64,000 bases of DNA from NCBI GenBank assembly GCA_951406725.2, contig OX597824.1, positions 22,072,001-22,136,000 on the forward strand, given 5' to 3'. Each line of letters opens with the position of its first letter. The first letter of the stretch is position 1. Below, piece by piece: positions 12,157 through 25,874 of the stretch. The notes beneath the pieces are model-generated. The model had not been told where the DNA came from and made no database searches. It was given only the letters and a program-made list of their open reading frames with translations. Source of the DNA: Octopus vulgaris. Its lineage: Eukaryota. The translations under genes were made by a program, and so were the position numbers.

Positions 12157-12505
12157 TGGCACCAGCATAGGTGCTTTAAAACATAGCACTGGCATGACTG
12201 ATTTAAAATGTGACACCAGCATGACTGCTTTAAAACGAGGTACCAGCATGACTGCTTTAAAACGAGGTACTAGCATGGGTACTTTAAAACATGGAACCAG
12301 CACAGATGCTTTAAAATGTGGAACCAGCACAGGTGCTTTAAAATGTGGAACCAGCACAGATGCTTTAAAATGTGGAACCAGCACAGGTGCTTTAAAACAT
12401 GACCCCAGCATGGGTACTTTAAAATGTGGAACCAGCACAGGTCCTTTAAAATGTGGCACCAGCAAGAGTGCTTTAAAACGTGGCACCAGCAAGGGTGGTT
12501 TTTAT
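12157..12505. repeat. 27-bp minisatellite, about 13 copies
   Basis: Unit gaaccagcacaggtgctttaaaatgtg. Confidence 0.95.
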
Positions 12506-13020
12506 GCAGCAAAGAAGCGAAATAGAATCAGGGCATGTGTTTATTATTGGTACACTGACTCTCCCAAGATGCAACAAAATCTGTTTCAATACACGAGTTC
12601 ATATCAAGAATCTTTCAAACCAAACACAAAAACAAAACAATGCAATGTTTTTGTTTAATACTCAACATTAAAATAGATAATTGAAAAAGTAATAAGTGAA
12701 CTAAATTAAGCAATGGTTTCAGTGATTCTTGTGGAAAACACATTGAAACAAAAATTGAAAATATTTCTAAAAGATAATTACAATGCTTCTTCAATCTTAA
12801 CGAGAATGATCTAATTTAGAGTATCTATTTCACACCATTATATAAAGTACTTTTATAATCATGCTGTACAGACTGTTTATCAATAATATCTAATATGAAG
12901 TAGCCTGGCTGGAGATAAGGAAAAACAAATTTGCAACAAAGAATTTAAATTGTTGTAATCTCTAGATTCAAAATATGAAAGAGACACAAGTTAATACGGT
13001 ATCTTTAAAAAAAAGTTACA

Positions 13021-13425
13021 AGGCGCAGGAGTGGCTGTGTGGTAAGTAGCTTGCTTACCAGCCACATGCTTCCGGGTTCAGTCCCACTGCATGGCACCTT
13101 GGGCAGGTGTCTTCTACTATAGTCTCAAGCCAACCAAAGCCTTGTGAGTGGATTTGGTAGACGGAAACTGAAAGAAGCCTGTCGTATATATGTATATGTA
13201 TATATATATATGTGTGTGTGTTTGTGCGTCTGTGTTTGTCCCCCCCAACATCGCTTGACAACCGATGCTGGTGTGTTTACGTCCCCATTACTTAGTGGTT
13301 CAGCAAAAGAGACTGATAGAATAAGTACTAGGCTTACAAAGAATAAGTCCTGGGGTCGATTTCCTCGACTGAAGGTGCTGCTCCAGCATGGCTGCAGTCT
13401 AAAGACTGAAACAAGTAAAAGAGTT
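13021..13425 (+). mobile_element. SINE-A
   Basis: Full-length match to the family. Confidence 0.9.
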
Positions 13426-13461
13426 GATAAAGGTTGAATGTTGTATGTAACCTTACAAAAT

Positions 13462-14620
13462 GAAGGTGCATGGCTCAGTGGTTAGAGTATTGGGCTCGCG
13501 ATCATGAGGTAGTGAGTTCAATTCCAAGACAGGGCTGTGTTGTGTTCTTGAGCAATGCACTTTATTTTCCTGTTGCTCCACTTCACTCAGCTGTAGAAAT
13601 GAGCTGTGATGTCACTGGTGTCAAGCTGTATTGGCTTTTGCCTTATCCCTTGGATAACATCAGTGGTGTGGAGAGGAGAGTCTGGTATACATGCATGGGT
13701 GATTGCTGGTCTTCCATAAACAACCTTGCCTGGATTTGGAGGGTAACTTTCTAAGTGCAACCCCATGGTTATTCATGACAGAAGCGGGGCCTTTACCCTT
13801 TACATCACAAGATAACAACATCATTGCCATCTTCATCATCATTATTTAACGTCCTTTATCCAAACTGGTATGGGCTAAATGATTTGACAGGATCTGGCAT
13901 GCTGCAGAGCAACATCAAGCTTCAAATATCATCTTTGGTATGGTTTGAGTGACTAGATGCCCTTCATAATATGCCAACTGCTTTACAGTATATACTGAAT
14001 GTCTTATTTTTTTTTTGACTTTTCGGGCCACCAGCCTGTGTGAGGTCACCAAGTAACATGTAAAACTGAAAAAGAAAAAGGAAAAACCTGTTCTTTTTCT
14101 GTCTTGAAAGAGTCTTTTTGGAGTATTTATGCCAGGTTTTGAAAGGCTGAAGTACGATAGAGATCTCTTGCTAAAGTGATGATATGTGGCTATCCCACTG
14201 TTTACTGTTGAATTAAACAAAAGTAAAAAAAAAAAGAAGAAAAACCAAAAAGCTAACAGAGGATAATATAGTCCAACATATAGAAGGACGCCCTTTGGTC
14301 ATGTACGACCATGGGATTGCACCGAGAAAGTTCCCCTCTGAGGCACAAGTCTGATCAAGATTGTTTATGGAAGGTCAGCAATCGTCCGTACTTACCAGAC
14401 ACACCTCTCCAAACCACCGATGTTATCCAAGGGAAAGGCAAAAGCTAATACATCTTGGCACCTGTGACGTTGCAACTCATTTCTACAGCTGAGGAAACTG
14501 GAGCAACGTGAAATAAAGTGTCTCGCTCAAGAACAAAATACAGAACCCAATCTGGAAATTGAACCCACTACCTCATGATTGTTCTAACCCAATGTTCTAA
14601 CCACTGAGCCATGTACCTTC
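13462..14620. mobile_element. Two inverted CORE-type SINE-E copies with tail Z (13462-13802 +, 14285-14620 -)
   Basis: Shared head, core and cccttggataacatc.gtggt tail in opposite orientation. Confidence 0.75.
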
Positions 14621-15451
14621 TTATGTATACTATCTAGTCCTGTGTATACTATCTGTAGAAAAGATGGAATACCTTTGATCATAGACCAACAATAACAACA
14701 ACAGCAATAGCAGCAGTGGTAGCAACGCCCTTTGGCTTAAAAGTCAAGCACAGCGTCCTACAAGCTTTGGTTTCATAGACCTGTGGAGGTCTGCTAACTT
14801 TGTTTGTGAGATTTGGGAAATGAAAATTTGTTTGAGAGAAATTCCCACAGGGGTAGATATATGAAAGGCCTATATTTTTCTTGTTAATGTAATTTACTTT
14901 ATATGATTTAGCCAATCAATATTAATTATTATTGATTATTTTTTTTTCTTTTCAGATTTCAACTGTTTATTATATACTGTGGAATATATTTTGATGTTGG
15001 GTGAATTAGCTTTATGTTTTCTCCCTTATCTGTATCTCTAAAAGAATTAAGTCGGAATTCTCTCAAATCACATTGTGTAAAATAGCTTCAGAGAAAGAGC
15101 GAGATCTATATAGCAATAGGGGAACATCCTGAAGTGGAAATAGTGTGGAGGTGGGGAAAGGGCGGGGAGTTATAAAAAGATAGAGAAATATTGATACAAT
15201 ACAACGACGATAATAATTATTGTTGTCACACATAATCATTTAAGAAGAATAGAGTGAGAGCAAGTATTTAAATAGAGAAAAATAAAGCAGGGAACAAAAA
15301 TGCTTTCAACTTTTATAAGTAAACGTTATATTTGAAAAAGTAATTACAAATAATATTTTTAAAATGGAATGTAAATATTTAATAAATTACTAAGCTTGAG
15401 AAAACAAGGAAAAAACAATACACAAAGAATTTATACATATATATATATACA

Positions 15452-15487
15452 TAGGGAGACAGGCATACATATATATTTAAATGTAAT

Positions 15488-15522
<35 letters not shown>

Positions 15523-15553
15523 AGACAGGCATACATATATGTTTAAATGTAAT

Positions 15554-15604
<51 letters not shown>

Positions 15605-15655
15605 AGACAGGCATACATATATGTTTAAATGTAATTATGTATATATATATATATA
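15452..15655. repeat. Three tandem copies of agggagacaggcatacatatatgtttaaatgtaattatg + (TA)n
   Basis: Direct reading. Confidence 0.9.
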
Positions 15656-15723
15656 AAGAGAGAGAGAGAGAGAGAGACAAAGTGAGAAAGGCATACATAT
15701 ATGTTTATATGTACTTATGTATA

Positions 15724-15972
15724 TTTACTCTTTTACTTGTTTCAGTCATTTGGCTGTGGCCATGCTGGAGCACCGCCTTTAGTCGAGCAAATCGGCCGCA
15801 GGAATTATTCTTCGTAAGCCTAGTACTTATTCTATCGGTCTCTTTGCCGAACCGCTAAGTTACGGGGACGTAAACACACCAGCATCGGTTGTCAAGCGAT
15901 GTTGAGGGGACACAAACACAAAAACGCACACACACACACACTCGTACACACATATGTATATCTATCTATCTA

Positions 15973-16015
<43 letters not shown>

Positions 16016-16176
16016 GGTGGTCTTCTTTCAGTTTCTGTCTACCAAATCCACTCACAAGGCTTTGGTCGGCCTGAGGCTATAGTAGAAGACACTTGCCGAA
16101 GGTGCCATGCAGTGGTACTGAACCCGGAACCATGTGGTTGGCAAGCAAACTACTTAGCACACAGCCACTCCTACGC
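15724..16176 (-). mobile_element. SINE-A
   Basis: Reverse complement of family consensus. Confidence 0.9.
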
Positions 16177-16959
16177 AATATATATGTACATATAGATGGA
16201 TGGATAGATAGATACATAGATAGATATATAGATAGATAGATAGATAGATGTGTGTATATATATATGTGTGTTTGTGTGTGTATGTGTGTATATATATATG
16301 TGTGTGTATGTATGTGTGTATGTTTAAATATGTGTATACTTATATAATTATTACCATCATTGTTATTGTTGAATCCCTGAAATAGTTGCTGTAAACTATT
16401 TTAAGACTTCATTGAATTAGTAGCAGAGAAAGAACAAAACCAAAAACAAAAAAAAACCAATGACAAAACAAACAAAGAACTATGATGGCGGCACCGTCAC
16501 CAAGACATCCACGAAGGAGAAAAGAGAATTTTTACTCAGCACGCAATCCAATTTAGGTTGAAAAACAGATCACGCAGGAAGAAAGAACAAACTAAAGAAA
16601 CGTGCAAAAATTACTGTCTTAAAAACAAAAAAAATTCTTGTATTTTTTAATTTCAGTATGATGATATTTATTATTATTATTATTATTTTTTTTTATTTCT
16701 TATTTTAGAATTTATCGTTCATGTCAAAAAAGGGAAAAGAAAAAAAAATGGTAACAGAAGTTATGGGTATATCTGGAGAAAAGAGACAATATGGGAGGGA
16801 AAGTCTATGGGAAAGGTTTCAGAGCAAATGCGGTATTTAGTGTTTTGGAACGTAAACAAAAGATTTAGTAAAGTAAAAATTTAAAAAAAAAAACAAAAAA
16901 AAACAGATATCCTTGGTGGTTTTATATGTTATATACACCCACCACAAGTGAGGAAAACA

Positions 16960-17261
16960 TTGCTCATGTATATCTACACACACACACACACACAAGCATG
17001 TGTATACATACATACATACATACATATATACAGATGTGTATGTGTATATATATGTATATATATATGGGTGTGTGTGTATATATATATACATATATATACA
17101 TACACATAAATACATATATATATACATACATATATATATATACATATATATACATACATACATATACATATATATACATACATACATATACATACATATA
17201 CATACATACATATACATACATATATATATATACATATATATATATACATATATATATATAC

Positions 17262-17298
<37 letters not shown>

Positions 17299-17299
17299 C

Positions 17300-17353
<54 letters not shown>

Positions 17354-17383
17354 ACATATATATACATACATATATATATATAC

Positions 17384-17420
<37 letters not shown>

Positions 17421-17623
17421 CATATATATATACATATATATACATATATATATATACACATATATATATACACATATATATATACACATATATATATACA
17501 TATATATATATACATATATATATACATATATATATACATATATACATATATATATATACACATATATATATACACATATATATATACACATATATATATA
17601 CATATATATATATACATATATAT

Positions 17624-17654
<31 letters not shown>

Positions 17655-17945
17655 CATATATATACATACATATATATACATATATATACATATATATGTA
17701 TATACATATATATACATATATATGTATATACATATATATACATACATATATATATATATATACATATATATACATATATATACATACATATATATATATA
17801 CATATATATACATATATATATATACATGTATGTGAAATATATATACATACACATATATATATGTGTATGTATATACATGTAAATACACACACACATACAC
17901 GTATGTGTGTGTGTGTCTGTGTGTGTGTGGTGTGTGTGTGTGATT
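16960..17945. repeat. About 1-kb compound (TA)n/(TACA)n microsatellite
   Basis: Direct reading; source of several 300-aa Y/I/M pseudo-ORFs. Confidence 0.95.
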
Positions 17946-18327
17946 GGAGCACTTAAGAGAGCATTAAGGTAATAAAAAGTGGATAGATTTACAAAGTACA
18001 CACAGCAGGGGGCGGGTTGTACCCAATCAAGCTACAAGTGTAAAAGATCAGGCTTTAATTCATCAGCAACACTCCTAGAAAGCCATTTAAGAATTACATT
18101 TGGCTCATGTTCATCCCATCCTTCTCTCAATTCTCTATTCCTGTCTCAAATTATTACACTTTAACAGTTATATATTGCCATTAATACAGCTGCATTTCTT
18201 CAGATTTTTGTTATATTCTGAGTTCAAATCTCACTAAGATCGACTTTCATCCTTTTGCGCTTGATAAAATAAGATACCAGTCAACTACTGGAGAGTGATG
18301 TAACTGACTATCTTCTGCCCTGAGTTC

Positions 18328-18948
18328 GGCGAGCTGGCAGAAACATTAGCACGCCGGGCAATATGCTCAGTGGTTTTTCGTGTGTCTTTACGTTCTGAGT
18401 TCAAATTCCGCCGAGGTCAACTTTGCCTTTCATCCTTTCGGGGTCGATAAATTAAGTACCAGTTACGCACTGGGGTCGATATAATCGACTTAATCCATTT
18501 GTCTGTCCTTGTTTGTCCTCTCTGTGTTTAGCCCCTTGTGGGTAGTAAAGAAATAGGTATTTCGTCAGCCGTTACGTTCTGAGTTCAAATTCCGCCGAGG
18601 TCGACATTGCCTTTCATCCTTTCGGGGTCAATAAATTAAGTATCACTTGTACACTGGGGTCGATATAATCGACTTAATCCGTTTGTCTCTCCTTGTTTGT
18701 CCCCTCTATGTTTAGCCCCTTGTGGGCAATAAAGAAATAAGAAACATTAGCACGCCAAGTGAAATGCTCAATGGTATTTCGTCTGTCTTTACGTTCTGAA
18801 TTCAAATTCCGCCGAAGTCGACTTTACCTTTCATCCTTTCAGGGTCGATAAATTAAGTACTAGTTGAGTACTGGGGTCGATCTAATCAACTGGCTCCCCC
18901 CAACTCCCTCAAAATTTCAGGCCTTGTGCCTAGAGTAGTAAAGTTAAA
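18328..18948 (+). mobile_element. SINE-B three-unit composite
   Basis: 18-bp TSD ATCTTCTGCCCTGAGTTC at 18310-18327 and 18949-18966. Confidence 0.85.
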
Positions 18949-20114
18949 ATCTTCTGCCCTGAGTTCAAATCTCACCATGGTTGAAATTGTCTTTCATGCT
19001 TTTGGGTTCATTAAAGGTTTGTTAAAATAAGAAAACAGCCAACTACTGGGGATCGATGTAATGGATTATTATCAGCCCCAAGTTCAAATATCCCCTAGGT
19101 CAACTTTGCCTTTCATCTTTCGGGGTCAATAAATTAAGTACCAGTTAACTTCTGGGGTTGATGTAATCAACTATCCCCCTTCCCTCTAAATCTGTTGGCC
19201 TTGACACTTTATTTCATATTGCTCCAGTTCAATCAGCTGACAAAAAAGTATAGTACCTGCATTATCATTGTGTAATGCTGAATCTCCCTGAGAACTACAT
19301 TGAGGGTATGTGAGTCTGTGGAGTACTCAGCCACTTGCACATAATTTCATAAACAAGCCATTCTGTTGACTGGATCAACTGGAAACATCATTGTCATAAC
19401 TGAGAGTAGAATAGTTAGTGGGCTGTCGTATAGATAGATAGATGTATGTGTGTGTGTAGGTATGTGTGTGTGTGTATGCACATGTATATAAGCATATGGA
19501 TATAAAAATAAACAGATCAACATACAGACGGATAGGTACATAGGTTATATGAACAGACCAGCACACATATGCAAATGGCGACTGAAACACATGACCATAT
19601 ATACAGACACACTTTACTCCACACAAGGACACATATGGAAACACGGGTCCACACATATAGAGATGCACATCCATACATACAAACATGGTACATAGTTGTA
19701 AAACATACACACACACAGACATGCACACACAAGGAGACAGAGGTGCATACATATACAAACACACGCTCACACACACACATACATAAAAAATACACAAACA
19801 CGGACATGCAAGCACATGAATATGCAGAATACATACATACAGATGCACACACATACATACATATATATATATTTCTTTACTACCCACAAAGGGCTAAACA
19901 TAGAGGGGACAAACAAGGACAGACAAAGGGATTAAATCGATTACATCGACCCCAGTGCGAAACTGGTACTTTATTTACTGACCCCGAAAGGATGAAAGGT
20001 AAAGTCGACCTCGGCGGAATTTGAACTCAGAACGTAACGACAAACGAAATACTGCTAAGTGCGCTAACGTTTCTGCCAGCTCGCCGCCTAAATATATACA
20101 TACATATATACATA

Positions 20115-20350
20115 CATCATCATCATCATCATCATCATTTAGCGTCCGTTCTCCATGCTAGCATGGGTTGGACGGTTCAACTGGGGTCTGTGAAGCTGGA
20201 AGGCTTCATCAGGCCCAGTCAGATCTGGCAGTGTTTCTACAGCTGGATGCCCTTCCTAATGCCAACCACTCCGTGAGTGTAGTGGGTGCTTTTTACGTGC
20301 CACCCGCACAGGTGCCAGACAGAGCTGGCAAACGGCCACGAACGGATGGT
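20115..20350 (-). mobile_element. Nin-domain-like SINE-D with (GAT)n tail
   Basis: gtggttggcattaggaagggcatccagctgtagaaac...ccaacccatgctagcatgga...(gat)n. Other copies at about 680-845, 6132-6400, 11975-12160, 22780-23110 (+), 51988-52125, 55640-55830. Confidence 0.75.
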
Positions 20351-21399
20351 GCTTATATATATACATACATACATATATATATATACATACATATATACAT
20401 ATGCATACACACACATAGATACATACACACAGCCATACATACATACATGCATGCATGCATGCACAGGTGCACACACACACACACACACTGACCCACACAC
20501 ATGTGCACAAACAAGCAAAAAGGAACACAGTGTAAATAACGGACAGAGTCAAGACTGTTGAAAAGGTTGCAAGACGCCGCAACGAAAATTTTTCGGAAAA
20601 TAAAAATAAGGAACAAGCGGAACTTTTAATGGTGAGTGTGTTAAATCATAAGGCACAAAAAGAAAATGACTCTCCCCAGACAGAACACAACATGATCCAG
20701 TGTACCTGAAATATTTCTGACGTAGATAAATCTACAGTTATTTATTTTGAAAGATGTTGTGGAGATTACAGACAATGGGAAAACATTCTATTGTTCTTTT
20801 ATGTAAACAGAAAAATAATTGAGAATCTTCATACAGATCTGTTTTGATGCTGACAGCTTTATTATCACAGTAGTTCCAATATAATTTGGCTACCCAGGGA
20901 AAATATCATCTACTATAATTTAGCATAATCTAAATTATACTATATGTAATTTAGATTATATATGGTAATCTAAACTGTTATGTATAGTAGGAACTTATCA
21001 GAACATAATCTGAACAGTCTACCTTAGCATATAATACATTAAGCTACTTCAACAGTACACATTTATAAAGAACATACCATATATCTTGCTGTTACCCGTC
21101 CTCACCATACCCCTGCCTTTGAAGGTTTTGAACCCTCTTCTGATTACCCTATTGCTCATTCCCACCCTGACTGGCCCACCTTCATTCCTCCACAAGGCTA
21201 ATGTACAAGAAGCAGTGTGGTGGACAATGAAAAACCTGGCTGATGACAGTCAAGGCTGATCTGGAACACAACCTAGGCCCCCATATCTACGGCGTTCGCT
21301 GCTGGAATAAGGAGTGGTTGGAGATCACGTGGTCGTTAGCCTCAAATCACCAGGTCTGGTCTGCGTTTGTGTGAGATGCAGCATTGAGAATGAATGAAG

Positions 21400-21909
21400 C
21401 CAGCTCAACCCACCCCAGGTGAATGCTGTCTCAAGACAAGAAGACAAGAAGCCACATTGGTCCAGCTCATCCCTCTGTCTGAATTATGCCTATATCAGCA
21501 ACTCCAACAGTCCGTCCTCATTACTTTTAAAATTCCTCCTTTCCAGTGCATCTCTTCTACCCTCTTCACTCTTTTCTACTGCCGGCCATCACTCTCCCTC
21601 ATCTCATGTTACTCTTGTAGGTTCCAGCCCACAAGCCCCTGCACTAACCCTTATTCACAAGCCTTCTTTAGAACATCATTCCTTCGGAATCTTCTCCTTG
21701 CTCATGTCTTTCTTGCCGGTGATGAATGACAACTGTTCAAACAGACCTTTAATGGCACCAAGATCACTGGTCTTGGAAGAACTGCAAAGTTCATGGACAT
21801 AGACCCTGTCTCCAGATTTGGCAAGTAATAATAAGATTAGAACTAGGGAACAACTTGGTTACCTAAACCTGTGAGGGCGCTGCAGGTGAATGACCGAAAA
21901 CAGTAAAAG

Positions 21910-21910
<1 letters not shown>
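21400..21910 (+). mobile_element. Decayed CR1/L2/Jockey-type LINE 3' end
   Basis: PCTNPYSQAFFRTSFLRNLLLAHVF resembles the SFFPRTxxLWNxLPxxV terminal motif. Confidence 0.5.
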
Positions 21911-21953
<43 letters not shown>

Positions 21954-21954
21954 G

Positions 21955-22330
21955 GTATTTTATAAGCTTAAAGCTTATAAGTAATCACCATGCATTGACT
22001 AAGGAAAATAGTGTAATACTGAGGCATAGAAGCCTTTGATAGAAATAAGTAGGGTTGTCCATACATATGGGACTTGGACCCACACCTCTATGTTTTTACA
22101 ACAAGAATGCTACCATTACACCAACATATCCCTCGCTTCTTTTCATCAGGTTTAAGAACTATAGTTTCATGGTGTTGTTTTATAAACAACCTACATGTGC
22201 ATTTTCTGCAGTTATCTGGTATGCGGTGTTGATTCTAAAATTCTTATAAAATGATATTATTTTATAAGCTTAAAGCTTATAAGCTATAACTGTGCATTGC
22301 CTAAGGAAAGTAGTCTAACATTGGGGCATA
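21955..22330 (-). mobile_element. 302-bp terminally redundant unit with tRNA-like segment and degenerate hammerhead
   Basis: About 70-bp direct repeats (tataagcttaaagcttataag...ggcata) at 21961 and 22263. tRNA-like 22060-22132 (TGGTGTAATGG, GGTCCAAGTCCC). Flanked by (TA)n. Confidence 0.5.
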
Positions 22331-22365
22331 TATATATATATATATATATATATAGATAGATAGAT

Positions 22366-22620
22366 ATAACTTATAAACAAGGCCAATAGAAAAATTATTT
22401 CAATGCCAATATGCTGAGATTAGACTTTAAATCGTCAATTTCCACATTATAATATGCATTCACTATAGATACAGATCGTGCTGAAATATAGGAAAATCAG
22501 CATGACATGTATCTATAGAGAAATATATATTATAATGTGGAAATTGATGATTTAAAGTCTATTCTCAGCATATTGGCATTGAATGAATTTTTCTATTGCC
22601 CTTGTTTATAAGTTGTTTAT
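22366..22620. mobile_element. Fold-back element / MITE with about 120-bp inverted arms
   Basis: aacttataaacaaggccaatagaaaaatt...gtgctga pairs with tcagcat...aatttttctattgcccttgtttataagtt around a 12-nt loop. Confidence 0.8.
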
Positions 22621-25170
22621 AATTTAAACCTTTATAGGTATTTTAATATGTTGCCACTTTTGATGAAATTTTTTCTGAAAAAATTTTATCCTATATTTGT
22701 AGTATATATTTTATCCTATATTAGTAGTATATATATATATATAACTTGGGTGAACATCCTTCCTTCTCCCTCCTCATCACATCTTCATCTGAAGTAGCCG
22801 TGTTTCCCCTCTAATGCATGACACCTTTTTCTATCCCTCACCACTACTTTCTTCCTCTGCTGAGCAGTCTTGTCATACAAGTTACTTGGTGACTTCACTG
22901 GTGCTGGTGCCACTAAAAAAAAAAAGCATCCTGTACAGTCAGTAAAGTGGTTGGCATTACGAAGGGCATCCTGCCGTAGAAACCATGCCAAAACAGACAA
23001 CACAACTTGGTGCAGTCTTCCGACTCGCCTGCTCCAGTTGAATCATCCGATTTATGCCAGCATGGAAAAAACTGGCATTAAATGATGATAATGATGCTGA
23101 TGACGATGATATATATATATATATACACACATATTTAATTTATTTACTTATATATATACATATATTTAATTGATTTACATATATATATATTTAATTTATA
23201 TATATATATATATATATATGCGTGTGTGTATATGTATATATATATGTATGCATGTATATCATAGACCAAAGACAGATTGATAGCTGCATCAAATAATGGC
23301 AGTTCTAGTTATATGCTGAAAATAAACATATTACACCTATGGTGTCAATAAATACATAAAAGTAATAAAACACACACACACACACACATACATACATACA
23401 TATACATACACACATACAGTCGAGTCAGCATACAGCCCTTCTATTTGCATACGCCTTCTTTTAGAATCTATACAGCAGACTAGATATAAGCCAGTACATT
23501 CTCCAAGAAGTCTATACTTTCCGAGCAGTGTTATTGATATATTGGCTCAGCATTTCATGCAACGCTGTTCCTTTCTAAGCCACAATTATTGACAGGTACA
23601 TTGTTTGAGGGGAATTTATTTTCCTTCAAACTTCATAGTTTAGCCAGACAATTCTATTACGATAATAGTTCAGATTTGTTATTGTTTACCAACATTGAAT
23701 AAAATAAACAGATAAATAAGAGAGATTGGCATTTTATTTTTATTTCATTTATTTATTTATTCACTTATTTTTGCTTTTATTATTTTTTTATTTTTGTTAT
23801 TTTCTTTTTTTTTTTGTTTCCAATGTTTGCTTTTTCAGTTTTTTCTTCATTTCCTTATCAAACAGAACCAATATTTTATTAATTAATCGTTAAAAATGGA
23901 AAAATATTTACAGGAAATATTATCCAAAAATTCTAAAACAATGAATGCACTATGAAAAATTCAACTTAATTCAAAACTCATTCTAGCTTGTAAATGCTGT
24001 TATTATCAAGAATCTACAAACCATATATATACATATACAAGAATGCGATGGGTAAATTGTCACCAGTTTATATTTTCAATTTCATGCATGCCCATGATTT
24101 GTCAACTACACAGTATAGTAGGGTCAGTAGGGCACCATCAGTGAGAAAAACAGCACCATGGCACAATTCACTCTACCAGAAATTTGGAAACGATATGTTG
24201 TACTGTTTGGCATTCATGCTAGAAGTTCCAATACAAACAGATGGTGAACACACAGAACAACCATTGGCTTGCTGTGTCCCCAAAACATGTACTGAGAGTG
24301 ATAAAAATCAAACACTCCAAACATCATAGTGTTATATATATATTGATAGATAGATATGTATATATGCATATATATATATATATAAACAACTTATAAATGA
24401 GGGCAAACTAAAAAAATTTCGAATGCCAAATATGCCAAAACTAGACATATTGTCCATACCCATATAATTTATCACAATAAGCATGTTACTCGAAAAAGGT
24501 CGACAGGAATTTCTAAAAAATTTAATTATTACCATATCGGATCGATTTCAGGGTTAGTTCATAAGAACCTTCTCTTCGACAGTGATAGATGCGGCAAAGA
24601 AATAAATGAAATACTTACTCATACCCTATATATATATATATATTCTTTTATTCGTTTCAGTCATTTGACTGTGGCCATGCTGGAGCACTGCCTTTAGCCG
24701 AACAAATCGACCCTAAGACTTGTTCTTTGTAAACTTAGTACTTATTCTATCTGTTTCTTTTTCTGAACTGCTAAGTAACAGGGATATACACACACACAAA
24801 TACATATATATATATATATTCACTCACATGGTTGTATATTGTGTAAAAGATACTTGCCCAAAATGTCTATCACACAATCACAGACAATGTGATTCACAGT
24901 TTGAACCAACATTTGTGAGTGAAATTTGGTCATAAATACTTTACAGAAGTTCATCATGTTTGTGTGTGTGTATGCAAGTATGTGTAGATATGTGATGTAC
25001 GCATATATGTTTGTGTGTGTGTGTGTGTGTGTGTGTGGTAGGTATGTATTTATGTGTAGATAAACACACTTCTTTCTAAGTGTTGAACCAATACATTTGT
25101 TAAAACTTCCCTCCCATATTGTTTTCATATACTCATAGCCTAACATACACACACACATATGGTATATATG

Positions 25171-25391
25171 TACAGGGTGTTCATAAATTATCTTTACAAC
25201 TTCCACAATTTACTGTATCTATTAAAGTCAAGATCCATCAATCAACTTTTTTGCAACCATTGGAGCCCAACTTGAAGTGTTCTGATGTTTCTAATAAAAA
25301 TTCATTTGTTTGCCTATGTTCTCCAATAAACTCTGTTGAATAATCCTTCTTTCGCATTTTTTTCTGAAAGGTAATTTATGGACACCCTGTA
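25171..25391. mobile_element. Tc1/mariner-type MITE
   Basis: TA-CAGGGTGTTCATAAATTA / TAATTTATGGACACCCTG-TA. Confidence 0.8.
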
Positions 25392-25417
25392 TATGTGTGT
25401 GTGTGTGTACATATATA

Positions 25418-25642
25418 TACTCTTTTACTTGCTTCAGTCATGTGACTGTGGCCATGCTGGAGCAACGCCTTTAGTCGAGCAAATCGACCCCAGGACTTAT
25501 TCTTTGTAAGCCTAGTACTTATTCTATCGGTCTCTTTTGCCAAACCGCTAAGTTACGGGGACGTAAACACACCAGCATCGGTTGTCAAGCGATGTTGGAG
25601 GGGGGACAAACACAGACACACGAACACACACACATATGTATA

Positions 25643-25674
<32 letters not shown>

Positions 25675-25835
25675 CAATGGACTTCTTTCAGTTTCCGTCT
25701 ACCAAATCCACTCACAAGGCTTTGGTTGGCCCGAGGCTATAGGTAGAAGACACTTGCCCAAAGTGCCAGGCAGTGGGACTGAACCCGGAAATATGTGGTT
25801 CGTAAGCAAGCTACTTACCACACAGCCACTCCTAT
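25418..25835 (-). mobile_element. SINE-A
   Basis: Reverse complement of family consensus. Confidence 0.9.
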
Positions 25836-25874
25836 GCATATATATATATATACACACACAGACATAGACAGATA

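Noticed and set aside
12124-12658. Repeat-protein ORFs or CRISPR-like array
   Set aside because: Contiguous 27-bp tandem units with no unique spacers; SINE-derived and eukaryotic.
16837-18001. Several 300-370 aa ORFs rich in Y/I/M/C/H/T
   Set aside because: They are translations of TA/CA microsatellite; the same applies to most ORFs in the track.
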